The notes beneath the pieces are model-generated. The model searched no databases. It saw only the letters and a list, made by a program, of their open reading frames with translations, and had not been told where the DNA came from. Position numbers and translations under genes: made by a program. A stretch of DNA of 59,554 nucleotides, the filler included, from Dugesia japonica (taxonomy: Eukaryota): NCBI GenBank assembly GCA_001938525.1. It is 6 parts of 6 records of this genome, joined end to end, with 100 filler letters (N's around TTAATTAATTAA, not from the genome) between each part and the next. Parts side by side here need not be neighbours in the genome. Positions count along the whole stretch, not along the records: positions 8,491 to 19,106 come from MQRL01570700.1; positions 19,207 to 32,345 come from MQRL01620587.1; 4 more parts are not named here. The stretch is one strand, 5' to 3'. How positions within the stretch are numbered: position 1 is the first letter of the stretch; every line of letters starts with the position of its first letter. Below are positions 13,201 through 25,100 of this stretch, piece by piece.

Positions 13201-13997
13201 AGTAAAAATGGATTGCTAGTGAGCATTTGGAAGAAATGAACAAAAATATATGCAAAAACAGATGGCTTTAGAGATTAAAGTTTAGTCAATCAAAATGGCG
13301 CAATAGTCCTTCACAACAATGCACGTTAACATGTTTCACGAAGGGTCGTACAAAAACTATATAAGATAGTATATGAAACTCTTGCTCACCAACTATACTC
13401 ATCGGACCTCGGTCTTACAGATTTGTATTTCTTTAAACAACCGATTCTAAGTTTTAGAGTAAATTAATTTTGAAATTTGGTGATTTTGATATAAAAATCT
13501 CATCGGTATTTCTTACCAGGCCAAGGAATTGATAATTTATTATATTAATTAGAATTATTTTTTCTAGTTTTATTATACTATTCTAAAATTTTATTATTAT
13601 ACANNNNNNNNNNNNNNNNNNNNNNNNNNNNNNNNNNNNNNNNNNNNNNNNNNNNNNNNNNNNNNNNNNNNNNNNNNNNNNNNNNNNNNNNNTAATAATA
13701 ATAATAATAATAATAATAATAGCAATGATAATAATATAATAATAGTAACAATAATAACGCTAGTAGTAATGATAAAGATTTACAATATAATTAATGGTAA
13801 TATAGTAATGATACTACTTTTAAAAATAATATTTTTGCTGACATACTATAAAAATACATTGTGATTTTAAAATCATCAATCTATCATTGAAAATTAAATA
13901 TGGCATTCACAATAACAATATTGCATCAATTGTAATCGATATATTAATTGACTGTGTTCTGCAATATTTTGCATAATTTTTCAATCCGCGATTATAA

Positions 13998-14440
13998 ATG
14001 GCTAAGGACTGTGAACCAAAACACGAAACAGCAAAGATCTATCAGTTCAGCAAAGAAAAAATTATTGAACTAGCTCATTAATTAAGAAACACATGAGAAG
14101 ATGTGCGACACCATGATATAAATGAAACTTTGACGGTGGAATGTCGAAGAGCCAGTTATCAAAGCAATGAATCCAATTTGAAGAGCTTTGCGCGATAGTA
14201 ACTCTANNNNNNNNNNNNNNNNNNNNNNNNNNNNNNNNNNNNNNNNNNNNNNNNNNNNNNNNNNNNNNNNNNTCATTGCCAAAAAGATAAAGATTGGAGA
14301 ATTTGTCGCGAGCTCTTAGTGGGCTGATAATTTCATGAAACTCAAAAATATTGGTGTTCAACGGCCTACCACAAAGCAACAACTACCCAAACATTGGGAA
14401 TTTCAGGTGACAAAGTTAAAAGGCACCATGACTTATTTGT
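13998..14440 (+). pseudogene. pogo/Tigger-type transposase N-terminal (CENP-B HTH) remnant
   Basis: GEFVASS*WADNFMKLKNIGVQRPTTKQQLPKHWE resembles the FxASxGWxxxFxxRxxLxxRxxT motif. Confidence 0.55.
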
Positions 14441-17400
14441 AAAAAAAACTCAGAAATTATCGTTTGATATTTTGAAAATAATTAACTTGAAGATTTTGAA
14501 TAAACTAATTTAAGTATTTTGAATATAAATAACTAGGTTATTTAGAATATAAATTTCACGGATAATTTGAATGGAAATAAATTGGAATATTAATTACTTA
14601 ATATTAATATAATTACCTTGAATATCTTTAATAAATAATATAATATAATATAATATAATATAATATAATAATATAATATATAATAATAATGATAATTGTA
14701 ATATAATCGAAATTTTAATTTTAATATACTTAAAATATGGAGTCACACTTTAACACANNNNNNNNNNNNNNNNNNNNNNNNNNNNNNNNNNNNNNNNNNN
14801 NNNNNNNNNNNNNNNNNNNNNNNNNNNNNNNNNNNNNNNNNNNNNNNNNNNNNNNNNNNNNNNNNNNNNNNNNNNNNNNNNNNNCAAAACAAGCAGCGAC
14901 TGATTAATGAATTAACAATTGAAGACAATAACACGGGTACCAGCTTGCACAGAAAAATGCTATGAAAGCAAGCAGCATAATTAGATTAGCAGAGTTAGTT
15001 TGAAATTGACGTTTAGAATTAGTAGTGAAAATAAAATATTACAAAAATCAAAAATATATTTTTATATTACAAATTGTTGATTATCACCTATTTTTAAGTT
15101 TTCAATTATTTTCAAAAAGGTAAGAGGACTCATATTGAATAGAAGTAATTTTTGAATTTATTAACATGGTTTAAANNNNNNNNNNNNNNNNNNNNNNNNN
15201 NNNNNNNNNNNNNNNNNNNNNNNNNNNNNNNNNNNNNNNNNNNNNNNNNNNNNNNNNNNNNNNNNNNNNTCGAAATTTCAAATGTATATGTATAGAATAG
15301 TACGGTGAGTGAAGTTAATTTCAGAAGTAGGAATGGTCAAAAATGATTAGAATCCATAAATGAAAATTTGAAATATATTAAGTATGACGAGAGGTACAAA
15401 TCGTGCTGAGTATGAGTAATGGTGAATTGGCAATGAAAATTGAATTATCTGCGAAGAGAATTAAAATAATTAAATATTAATGACAACAAATTATGATTGG
15501 ATCGTTATTTTTCTATACTTGAGTTGGTCGTAAGGATATTTTAATACCTTATTTGTAAATTTATAACAATTATATTTTCATAATGTAACAATCTTTATTA
15601 CATATTTTAAGCTCATTATTTTGAATTTAATTAATTTCTAAAATTTCTAAATGATTTTAGTTAACAGACATGAGCAAACGTTTCCTTTTAATCATAGCAC
15701 TAAATTTATTTAATTTCTAATTTAGGTTAACTACTAACAGTTTAACTATTATATCATTTAGTAATGAATACATTTTGAGAGATAAGATTTAAGAGTTCAT
15801 AATCGTTCTTAATAATAGTTATTAATATTGGATTGAAAAATTGATTTACTGATAAATTTAGAAATTAATAATCAGCAATCGACCTTAGTATTAGCAAATT
15901 ATAATCGATATCACTACTCAGTTTAGTTGAGTATTAAATAAATTTGAATTGGAACTTAATAATATTGCATAAAGAATTTGAGTGCGACTTTTAATATTAA
16001 ATATTTACGATTTTCGCAATGATTAACAATTATTTTGATTTTGCTTTTATTATGTAGCGGAAAGCAATAGCCATATACACTTAAATATAAACACACAAAC
16101 ATAACATCAAACAACATCTGAATCAATCAACATTCGATTCAATACCCAATGATCTAACAATCCAGTCAGAAAACCAACAGTTCAACACACATATTTAATG
16201 GCAATTAATTAATTATTTGTGACAATTAAAAGACTGAATTTTAATTATTATTATTTGTACGGATTATTGTTAAATGAATATTATTATTTGTATGAATTTC
16301 TATAGACAAATTTTTATGTTGGAATTTTTATTATTAATCAATATTTACGGATCCTGAATATAAAAAATATTGAAATTTTGTATTTATTGGATCGAAAATA
16401 TGAAACTATTTTTATGAAATAATGAATGTAAACAGGTATGGATAGCTAGTATAAATAGCGATAAATAGCAACCAAAATTTTAATCGAATATTTTTTTTTA
16501 TTCGCTGTTAAAAAGTTGAAGACTACTTGGGTTGAAACTTAAAGCGAAAAATAACACGTGTAAAATATCTGTACGAAATATAAATTCGATAAAGTAAATA
16601 TTTGTGTTTATTTTAATAGCTGACTATATAGCTTATTTATAAAAATATTTTTTATAATAAATTATTAAGGCATCTATTAGGTTAATACCTATAATGAACG
16701 TATATTGAGACAAGGATTTTACTTTAAACAAAAATCTAAACTCACATATTGTTGACCATGGTTCGCTAATTTAAAAATAATAATAAAATTTTAATTTTAA
16801 ATTATAATCAAATTCAAAAGAACAATAATCAAAAATTACGCACGCACGTACACACACAAATAACCAAGGGTTGCGGTTAATTTGGTTTTTTTCAATATGA
16901 CGACTTACAAAGCCATTTTCAACAATATCCACACGGAGAAATTCCAAAACTTTGTTAGAAAGGCATGGGTAGGCCAAAATGCTGACAAAAATGAAGTACG
17001 GTTCTAGGGAATTTCATTTCCAGATTGCAACTGGAACAAGAACCAGCGGTAAAATTTACTTCAAAATTTTCATTCACTTTTTTCTCCATTATTTAACGAA
17101 AATATTAATAAAAAGTAATAAATATAATACTAAATAATTAAATAATATATGAATTTAATTATTAGCTTGAGTTTATAAGATAGTGAAAAGTAATTTGCAT
17201 TTAAAAATGAAACCATAATAATAATGTTAGATTCCTAGTAAGCTAATGGTTATTCTGACTCCCATATATTATTACTTGGTGTGTAAGTATTTATTTATTA
17301 TAAATAAAAAATATGTGGTAGTTAGGAATTAATAAAATAAAAAAATTAATTAGAATAAAAGAATAATAATATTAATAATATAAACTTGTAATGAAATGGC

Positions 17401-19106
17401 ATAACAGAAAATTTTATATGTATGAATAATCCACATNNNNNNNNNNNNNNNNNNNNNNNNNNNNNNNNNNNNNNNNNNNNNNNNNNNNNNNNNNNNNNNN
17501 NNNNNNNNNNNNNNNNNNNNNNNNNNNNNNNNNNNNNNNNNNNNNNAGAGATAATGCGTGTGGATAAAAACATGATAAGAAAACTTCGAATAACTAAATT
17601 TAAAGGAAATAATATTAGTATAAATATAAAATATATAATTATTCATTAGTTACATAGTTTGTAAAAATTCTATAAGAAGTAATTATTCTATGCAATTATT
17701 AAAGATAATAACCTAAGTAATTTAGCATTTTAATAATAATGATATTTATTTATTTTATTTTTAATAATAATTATCATTTTTCATAATTATCATAATTTCA
17801 TAAGAATAATCTATATTTTATTTCATTTTTGAAAATATGTATTTTATTTTTCATAATATTAATATTAATAATAATATTAGCATTTTATTTCATTTTTGAT
17901 GTTTTTTATTTTTAATAATTATCATACTTTTTCATAATAATAATAATTTGTAGTAGTGTTTTATTCATTATTAGTTTGAATATTCGAGTTCGGTTTAAAG
18001 CATTATTTTGAATTTTCATTAACACCAAATTAGAGTGTCATATATTAGTAATACATCAAACTTATGTATTCATGTTATTTAATTGTTGGATTACCACTAA
18101 GAGAGTTGATGATCATAGACATTATCATCTTTAAAAACGAATCACTAAGAATGCCTGATTAAAGACAGTTGTAAATTTACGACACCAATGATTAATCAAT
18201 TGCCACATCTCTGGGAATCTATCTGGGAGCAGGGATAGATACTTAACTATACTGGAGGGTCGAGGATAAGGTCCGCTTAAAAGAAATCGAGATCCGAAAG
18301 CTAACGAAGCAGGTTAACGAGCTAAAGAACCGAATCATCGAATCAAATGGCGGACCATCAAAAAGCTGTTGAAAGATTGGTAGTCAAGATAGAAGAATCC
18401 ATGTCGACTCTCGTACTTTATTTAGAAGATGAGAAAAAGACTAGCGATTTTCAAGAAACAGCTGTCTATACGTGGTTGTTGAACTGATTGTTTATCTTTG
18501 TGTTGATATTAGTAATAAGTTCACATTTGAGGTGTTCTATATTATTTGTGCTAAACGAATTGATCGTATCTTTTCAAAATATTACAATTCTCAGTATTAC
18601 ATAAAATTTTAATTAGATCCGATGAATATATAAGATGATTATAATTAACTGTAGTAGCTAATCACTTTTCCTATTTCAGTATATCAAAGAAAGAAGACAT
18701 ACTAGGTCACAAGGAACAAGGAGTCGAATTGAAATGATTCCGGCGCGAATTGAATGAAGCTAAAAAGTTATGGATTTAAAGTGAGCTAGTAAATGTGAAT
18801 AGATAGCGAGAGCTAACAATTAGCATCCATAATCGAATGATGGCCGAGATTATCAAACGTTAATCAGACCGAGAGACCTCGGTATTGAAATACTTCAGAT
18901 CCCTGTGGAATATCTACGATATGAGGAAAGTTGCCACATATCCGGATCCAAAAATAATTTACTAGTTATAAAATAAATGTCAATATTGCGCTTAAAAACA
19001 CTTATAAAAAAGATATTAAAAATTCACATCTTACGTTATTTTCGTTGAAATAATTTTCAACTGTCTTGAAATTTATACGTTTTTGTAAAATTCTTGCATC
19101 TCTTAA

Positions 19107-19206
19107 NNNNNNNNNNNNNNNNNNNNNNNNNNNNNNNNNNNNNNNNNNNNTTAATTAATTAANNNNNNNNNNNNNNNNNNNNNNNNNNNNNNNNNNNNNN
19201 NNNNNN
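19107..19206. other. Artificial contig-joining linker
   Basis: 44N-TTAATTAATTAA-44N. Confidence 0.97.
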
Positions 19207-19276
19207 GTTGTTTACACAATGAGGCGTGAACGGTGATTACGTCACTTCCGCGCGTGAAATTACCTAACCACCTACT
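19207..19276 (-). repeat. Putative Polinton terminus, family 2 (AGTAGGTGGTTAGGT...CGGAAGTGACG)
   Basis: Matches 1-54; its end faces into contig 3, so it belongs to a different, nested element. Confidence 0.55.
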
Positions 19277-19315
19277 AAAGATGGGTGTTATCATAGAAAA
19301 TCTAAACAATCAATA

Positions 19316-20162
19316 TTGGAATTTAAACCAAAGAAAGAAAAGAAGACAATAGAAGAAAAGCAAATAATAAAATCGAATGAAATAAAAAGTAAATTAATTG
19401 GTGCATTTAAAGATAAAATACAATATCCTAATCTTAATCCGAGTAACTATATAAATATATATAAAGAAGATAGAATAGAAAATATTAAAGGAGGAGCAAT
19501 GAAATATGATGTAAATGATGTAAATGATGATGATGTAAATGATGTAACAGAAATAATAAATGAGATAAATAGAGGAAATAATAATAAACCTAATTACAAA
19601 GAAGTCTTAGAAAATCTAAAAATAATATCAGCGAGAAAACAAAATGAAGTTGAAAAAATAATAGAAGAAGAAAGTGAAGATGAAACTAAAGTTCAAATTA
19701 GAGATAGTGTTTATGTTCATTCAAAAGTAGAAAAAATTTTCAATGAAAATATAGGTAAACCTCAATATAGATAAATCTTAAAAAGTTTCTTTAATAAATG
19801 GAGAAGGAAAAAGAAATAGATTTAGTTAAAAAAGATGAAATATTTCAATTGAAAGTAAAAAAAAAATAAATAAAATTGAGCAAGAAAAAACTGATGAAGA
19901 GAAAATTAAAATGTTTGGAGAAATATTTCATAGTTTATTTAATTTTAGAGAAGCATACAAGAGAGAAAGAAAAAAGAAGAAAGTAAATTATAATTTAGAA
20001 CAAGAATTTAAAATCAAGGAAGAAATTTATAAAACTAGACAAGATAATAAAATAAAAAGAAATAATAAAAAGTTGGAAAAAATGGGAGAGAATATAATAA
20101 CTAGTTTAACAAAGATTGTAAAGAAAGATGAAATATTTATAAATGGGATTACCAAATTATAA
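19316..20162 (+). CDS. Hypothetical K/E/N-rich viral protein(s), probably one frameshifted gene
   Basis: Two ORFs separated by A-run-rich coding-like sequence. Confidence 0.45.
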
Positions 20163-20171
20163 TTAAAAGAA

Positions 20172-20480
20172 ATGGATGGAGAAGAAATAACAAGTGATTT
20201 GAGTGATTTGAGTAATTCAAGTAATTCAAGTAATTCGAATATATTGTTGGGGATGAATGATAATATTGGGAAATTATTAAAAAGTGAAGAAAAAAATAAA
20301 TCCGTTTTATATAAAATAATAGTTAATCTAAAAGTTGAACTAAAATTTTACAAAACAATTATTATTATAGCAGTAGTACTAGTAATTTTTATTATTATTG
20401 CAATTATATTTTATTATTACAGAGTAGAGATAAAAACATGGTTGAAGGAAAAAATGAGTGAGCCTCAAGTGAGTGACTAG
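20172..20480 (+). CDS. Small single-pass membrane protein
   Basis: Hydrophobic TIIIIAVVLVIFIIIAIIFYYY segment. Confidence 0.65.
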   Translation: MDGEEITSDLSDLSNSSNSSNSNILLGMNDNIGKLLKSEEKNKSVLYKIIVNLKVELKFYKTIIIIAVVLVIFIIIAIIFYYYRVEIKTWLKEKMSEPQVSD

Positions 20481-20501
20481 ATCAAAACAATAAATAAATA
20501 A

Positions 20502-21779
20502 ATGGACTTGGATTTCAATATTAATTTTGTTCACAATCAAACTAAAGTGGATTTGTTGAAAATATCACCAACAGCTGGATCAATAGTAAATTTAAACAAG
20601 AATGGTNNNNNNNNNNNNNNNNNNNNNNNNNNNNNNNNNNNNNNNNNNNNNNNNNNNNNNNNNNNNNNNNNNNNNNNNNNNNNNNNNNNNNNNNNNNNNN
20701 NNNNNNNNNNNNNNNNNNNNNNNNNNNNNNNNNNNNNNNNNNNNNNNNNNNNNNNNNNNNNNNNNNNNNNNNNNGAATCTTTAACTTATCCAGATGTAGC
20801 TTCTACAATGATTAATTTAGTTTTGATAGATAAAGCTAATGAAAAATCACATCAAGCTTATGGATGGATTCCTGATTCAATAAAAGATAGTTCCAAGAAG
20901 AGACAAGAATTATATTTAAATAGTTATGAAGGTTATTATCCTCTAAGAAATTTGTTTGGATTTTTATCAAATTACAATAGATTATTATTTAATACTTTTA
21001 TTCAATTAGATTGTAATAGAGAGATAATTAATGAAAAGATATTCTTTGGAAGTACAGATGATAAAGTTGAAATTCAAATTGATGCTTTGGAATTACATAT
21101 TCCTGAATGGACTTTATCACCCAAGAATGAATTAGCTTATTTGGAAAGATTATCAACAGGAAAACCAATTCAATCTTTATTCTTGGAAAGAGAGATGGGT
21201 AATTCTTCAATGAATACAGGAACTAGTTTTTCAATCAAAATGGGAAATTTACCATATAGACCTAGATTTGTTATTGTAGGATTTAAATATTTTAATAATT
21301 CATACAAGAATAATAATAATTTATTTACATTAAAACAAACTGTAGTCAAGAAAGTAGGAACAGAAGATAAAACATTTAATTATTATTTAAAAAGTATTCA
21401 ATTACAATTAAATAATGTTTATTATCCAAACACTAGAGTGGAATTTGATGCGCTTAATAATCAAGTAATGTTTCCTTATCAAATGTATGTAGAAATGTGT
21501 AATTCATTTCCAGGTAACTGGCCCGTTAGAGCTCAATTAAGTATTAAAGATTGGACAAGTTTTTATCCAATATTCTGTTTTGATTGTTCTGCACAAGATG
21601 AAAAACTAACTGTAAATAATGTAGATTTAACATGTCACATAACTAAAGATAGTGAATTAAGTGGTAATTTGTATTGGTTAATACTATTAAAAAAGCATGT
21701 TGAATTAAAGATAAGTAATGGTAAAGTAATGTTTGTTGAGAATATTAAAGGAGAGGATGTTAAAAGAATCAAGCTGTAG
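20502..21779 (+). CDS. Major capsid protein (double jelly-roll, hexon-like)
   Basis: PLRNLFGF, RPRFVIVGF, LNNVYYP and YPIFCFDCS motifs of Polinton MCPs; size and context. Confidence 0.85.
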   Translation: MDLDFNINFVHNQTKVDLLKISPTAGSIVNLNKNGXXXXXXXXXXXXXXXXXXXXXXXXXXXXXXXXXXXXXXXXXXXXXXXXXXXXXXXXESLTYPDVASTMINLVLIDKANEKSHQAYGWIPDSIKDSSKKRQELYLNSYEGYYPLRNLFGFLSNYNRLLFNTFIQLDCNREIINEKIFFGSTDDKVEIQIDALELHIPEWTLSPKNELAYLERLSTGKPIQSLFLEREMGNSSMNTGTSFSIKMGNLPYRPRFVIVGFKYFNNSYKNNNNLFTLKQTVVKKVGTEDKTFNYYLKSIQLQLNNVYYPNTRVEFDALNNQVMFPYQMYVEMCNSFPGNWPVRAQLSIKDWTSFYPIFCFDCSAQDEKLTVNNVDLTCHITKDSELSGNLYWLILLKKHVELKISNGKVMFVENIKGEDVKRIKL

Positions 21780-21841
21780 AGCGATGTTAAAAGAATTAAG
21801 CTGTAGAGCGATGCTACAAAGCCAAATGATAATTAAATAAA

Positions 21842-23302
21842 ATGTCTAATGAAAAAGAATTGTGTTTATTATGTAATAGGTATTTATCAAAAAGTCATAG
21901 AGCAAGACATTTTAAATCATGTTCAAAAAAGTATTCGAAAGAAGAGTATCCAGAAAAGTATGGCAGTGATCTTCAAAATAGTAAAATAACAAGTACTTTA
22001 TTAAAACCTTTTACTACAGAGAAATATCCAGGAGAAAGACATTTATTTAAACATAATTATACTGGACCAGGAACAAGACTGGATATTCGATTGGAAGAGG
22101 ATCCTGATGGTAATCTTGTTCCAAAACCAGGTGAAGAACCAGTAAATAGAGTTGATCAAGCTGCATTAAAACATGATATTAGTTATAATTCAGAAGATAT
22201 TAGAGATAGACATTTAGCTGATGTTAATCTAATACATGATTTAAATAGTATAGAAAAACCAACAATGTCTGAAAAAATTCAAAGAGGATTAGTTAAATTA
22301 GCAATGAAAGGAAAGATTATCCTGGGTTCAGGACTGGGTTCGGGACTTAAAGCTAAAGCTAAAGCTAAAGCTAAACCAAAGACTCCAGCTGAAATACTGA
22401 CTGATGAACTACATAAACCTTTTAATAAAAATAAAAAACATTTTCTTAAAGTTAAATTATTCTTTAAAGATGAAACTTGGTCAGCTGATTTAATGTTTTT
22501 AGGTCCATCCAAAGGTTTTAAGGTTGGAAGCCAGTTATCTAGAACTGGGCAATTAGTTCCAGTTTTAATAGTTATTGATTTATATACTAGATTTATATTT
22601 ATTGAAGTTTTGGAAAATAAAACTGGTCAAGAAGTAACAGATGGATTAGAAAGTATAATTGAAAAAATTAATCGAATTCCTAATAATTTATGGGTTGATC
22701 ATGGAAACGAATTTTATAATAAAAAGTTTCAAGAGTTTTGTGATGAAAATAATATTAATTTATATTCTTCTTCATTAAATACAGAACTTCAAGGTAAAGC
22801 AGTTTTTGTTGAACGAGTAATTAGAACATTTAAAAGAAGATTATACAAAATTTTTACTAAACAGGGTAATCAAAAGTGGAATATTGATTTATTAAATTCA
22901 ATAGCTGATGATTATAATAATACAGTTCACAGTTCAATTGGAATTACTCCAAAACTTGCTAGTTATTCTTCAGATTTAAAGTTAGAATCAAAGCTTTCAA
23001 AGAAAACAGTTAAATGGAATCTTGCTAATAAAGATTATCCAAACCCAAAGAAATTCCAAATAGGAGATCGAGTTAGAATCTTTAGAATTAAAGACACGTT
23101 TGAAAAAGGTTATACAGCAAATTGGTCTAAAGATATTTATACAATTTATAAAATTAATAGAGAAAATAATACATCTCAATCATTTGATGGAGTATTAACT
23201 TATAATTTAATCCAATCAACTGGAGATAGAGATGAAGATCCAGATAACTGGAAGATATTAGGTAGATATTATGCTAATGAGTTACAAAAGACTAGCTTTT
23301 AA
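21842..23302 (+). CDS. Fusion protein: N-terminal Zn finger + parvovirus-type PLA2 + rve (DDE) integrase
   Basis: CLLC..H..C; YTGPG and AALKHDISY...AD; WSADL, LWVDHGNEF, VERVIRTFK, YNNTVHSSIG and FEKGYTANWS. Confidence 0.92.
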   Translation: MSNEKELCLLCNRYLSKSHRARHFKSCSKKYSKEEYPEKYGSDLQNSKITSTLLKPFTTEKYPGERHLFKHNYTGPGTRLDIRLEEDPDGNLVPKPGEEPVNRVDQAALKHDISYNSEDIRDRHLADVNLIHDLNSIEKPTMSEKIQRGLVKLAMKGKIILGSGLGSGLKAKAKAKAKPKTPAEILTDELHKPFNKNKKHFLKVKLFFKDETWSADLMFLGPSKGFKVGSQLSRTGQLVPVLIVIDLYTRFIFIEVLENKTGQEVTDGLESIIEKINRIPNNLWVDHGNEFYNKKFQEFCDENNINLYSSSLNTELQGKAVFVERVIRTFKRRLYKIFTKQGNQKWNIDLLNSIADDYNNTVHSSIGITPKLASYSSDLKLESKLSKKTVKWNLANKDYPNPKKFQIGDRVRIFRIKDTFEKGYTANWSKDIYTIYKINRENNTSQSFDGVLTYNLIQSTGDRDEDPDNWKILGRYYANELQKTSF

Positions 23303-23350
23303 CTGGCAAGCTAACTGGAAATCTATAAATTTTAAATTAAAATAATAATA

Positions 23351-23587
23351 ATGATGGGTAATCAACAAGATAAAGATAAAGATAAAGATCAAGCAGTTGA
23401 TGATGAAAAGAATAAGAAACCAGATGGATTATGGAACTATCCAACTAGTTGGTTAACTACTGATACTTCAACTTACATGACTAAAGAGGAAGAATTAAAA
23501 GAAATTCAAGATATTAATACTTTTAACCAGGTTATGTTAACAAACATGGTGTTTACAAATTTAATTACTTCATCTATTTGGAAATAA
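23351..23587 (+). CDS. Small hypothetical viral protein (possible N-myristoylation, MGN)
   Basis: ORF filling the gap between integrase and ATPase. Confidence 0.55.
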   Translation: MMGNQQDKDKDKDQAVDDEKNKKPDGLWNYPTSWLTTDTSTYMTKEEELKEIQDINTFNQVMLTNMVFTNLITSSIWK

Positions 23588-23634
23588 TTTTTATAACCCG
23601 AGCGAAGTGAGGGTTCAAATAGTTTTATAATAAA

Positions 23635-24427
23635 ATGGCAACTCCTATTGTAAATCCAATTTGGAAAAATTCATCAAGTAAATTTAAACATGAAACATTT
23701 CCACCTCAATTTAGATGTTTAATTATTGGTTCGTCTGGATGTGGTAAAAATGTTTTACTATTAAAGATTTNNNNNNNNNNNNNNNNNNNNNNNNNNNNNN
23801 NNNNNNNNNNNNNNNNNNNNNNNNNNNNNNNNNNNNNNNNNNNNNNNNNNNCATGGATTTAATCAAGGTTTAAGTAAACAGGATTTAATTAATATTTTTT
23901 CAGATGAAATACAAAATAGAATTCCCAAAGATTTAAATCCTCAAGAAATAATCTTTTGGTATTCCAGTTCAGGACTGGCCAGTAAAGTTAATCAGGAAAC
24001 TGAAGAAGGAATCCAGGAAACTGGAATCCAGATTACAATATCAACTAAAGCATCTGAAATTGTACCATGTGACAAGTTACCTGCTAATAAAAAGAATTTA
24101 ATAATTTTTGATGATGTTGTAAATGAAAAGAATCAATCAATACAGAAATCTTACTTTACTAGAGGAAGACATAATAATTGCAATGTAATTTACATATCAC
24201 AAACTTATTATGATTTGGATAAAAATTCAATAAGAAATAATAGTAATTGTTTTATTTTCTTTAAACTAGGTAAAAGAGATAAAGATAATGTTTATCATGA
24301 TTTATTTAGTAACATTTTTAATACTAAAGAAGAATATGACTTTGAAACTAATTACCATTGGAAAACTAAATATAATTATTTTTATCTAGACAAGGAAAAG
24401 GAAATTTTGTCAGATGATCTATTCTAA
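23635..24427 (+). CDS. A32/FtsK-like genome-packaging ATPase (spans an N gap)
   Basis: Walker A IIGSSGCGKN, Walker B LIIFDD, FTRGRH, YISQ and IRNN. Confidence 0.9.
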
Positions 24428-24497
24428 ATATCTTAAAGCTAAAATAAAGTAATAATAAATAGTTTATAGAAACCTCACTCACTACGCTCGCTCGGTT

Positions 24498-25100
24498 ATG
24501 ACAAACAGTAATACAACTGAAAAAGAATTGTTAGATTTAATAAATAGTGACAAAAGTAAATCAATAAGAATTAATGGTAAAAACTATTGGATTGGAAAAA
24601 GAAGTAAAGATTTATTAAAACAAAGATTAGAAAAAGAAGGAGGAATATTTCCATTATTAGCTTTAATACCTGGTATTTTAGCTGGAATTGGAGCTGCAGG
24701 AGGTGCAGCCGCTAGCATTGCAAAGGTTGTTTCCAATTCAAGAGAAGCTAGTAATAAAGTTAAAGAATCTATTGAACTTGATAAAAAGAATAAACTATTA
24801 GATGAACAGATCAACCAGTTCCAGACTGGACAAGCTAGTAAAGCTAGCCAACTAGTTGGAACTGCAGAGAATAAATTACCTCAATCTGGCCAGTCAACTG
24901 GAACAGTCCAGTCGGGGACTGGAATTTATTTAAATCCTTATCAAGGTTCAGCTATTCATAAATATTTAAAACCTTACTTAAGTAATACAAAAGTAATAAA
25001 TAAAAAGAAATTTAAAAAGGGAATAGAAATTATACCTAGTGGTAAAGGATTATATTTAAATCCGTATTCGCATGAAGAACATAACCCAAATAAAACTTGA
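24498..25100 (+). CDS. Putative virion core / membrane-active protein (pX-like)
   Basis: EGG followed by hydrophobic IFPLLALIPGILAGIGAAGGAAAS; two GxG(I/L)YLNPY repeats. Confidence 0.65.
   Translation: MTNSNTTEKELLDLINSDKSKSIRINGKNYWIGKRSKDLLKQRLEKEGGIFPLLALIPGILAGIGAAGGAAASIAKVVSNSREASNKVKESIELDKKNKLLDEQINQFQTGQASKASQLVGTAENKLPQSGQSTGTVQSGTGIYLNPYQGSAIHKYLKPYLSNTKVINKKKFKKGIEIIPSGKGLYLNPYSHEEHNPNKT

Noticed and set aside
11100-13450. Higher-GC stretches resembling decayed transposon coding sequence (also 18050-18950 and 59160-59554)
   Set aside because: No motif I could assign with confidence.
16033-16600. Possible solo LTR resembling 100-690 in composition
   Set aside because: Only vague similarity; no clear ends or TSD.
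23635-23862. ATPase apparently split into two ORFs
   Set aside because: The frame change falls in an N gap of estimated length; the motifs are continuous.
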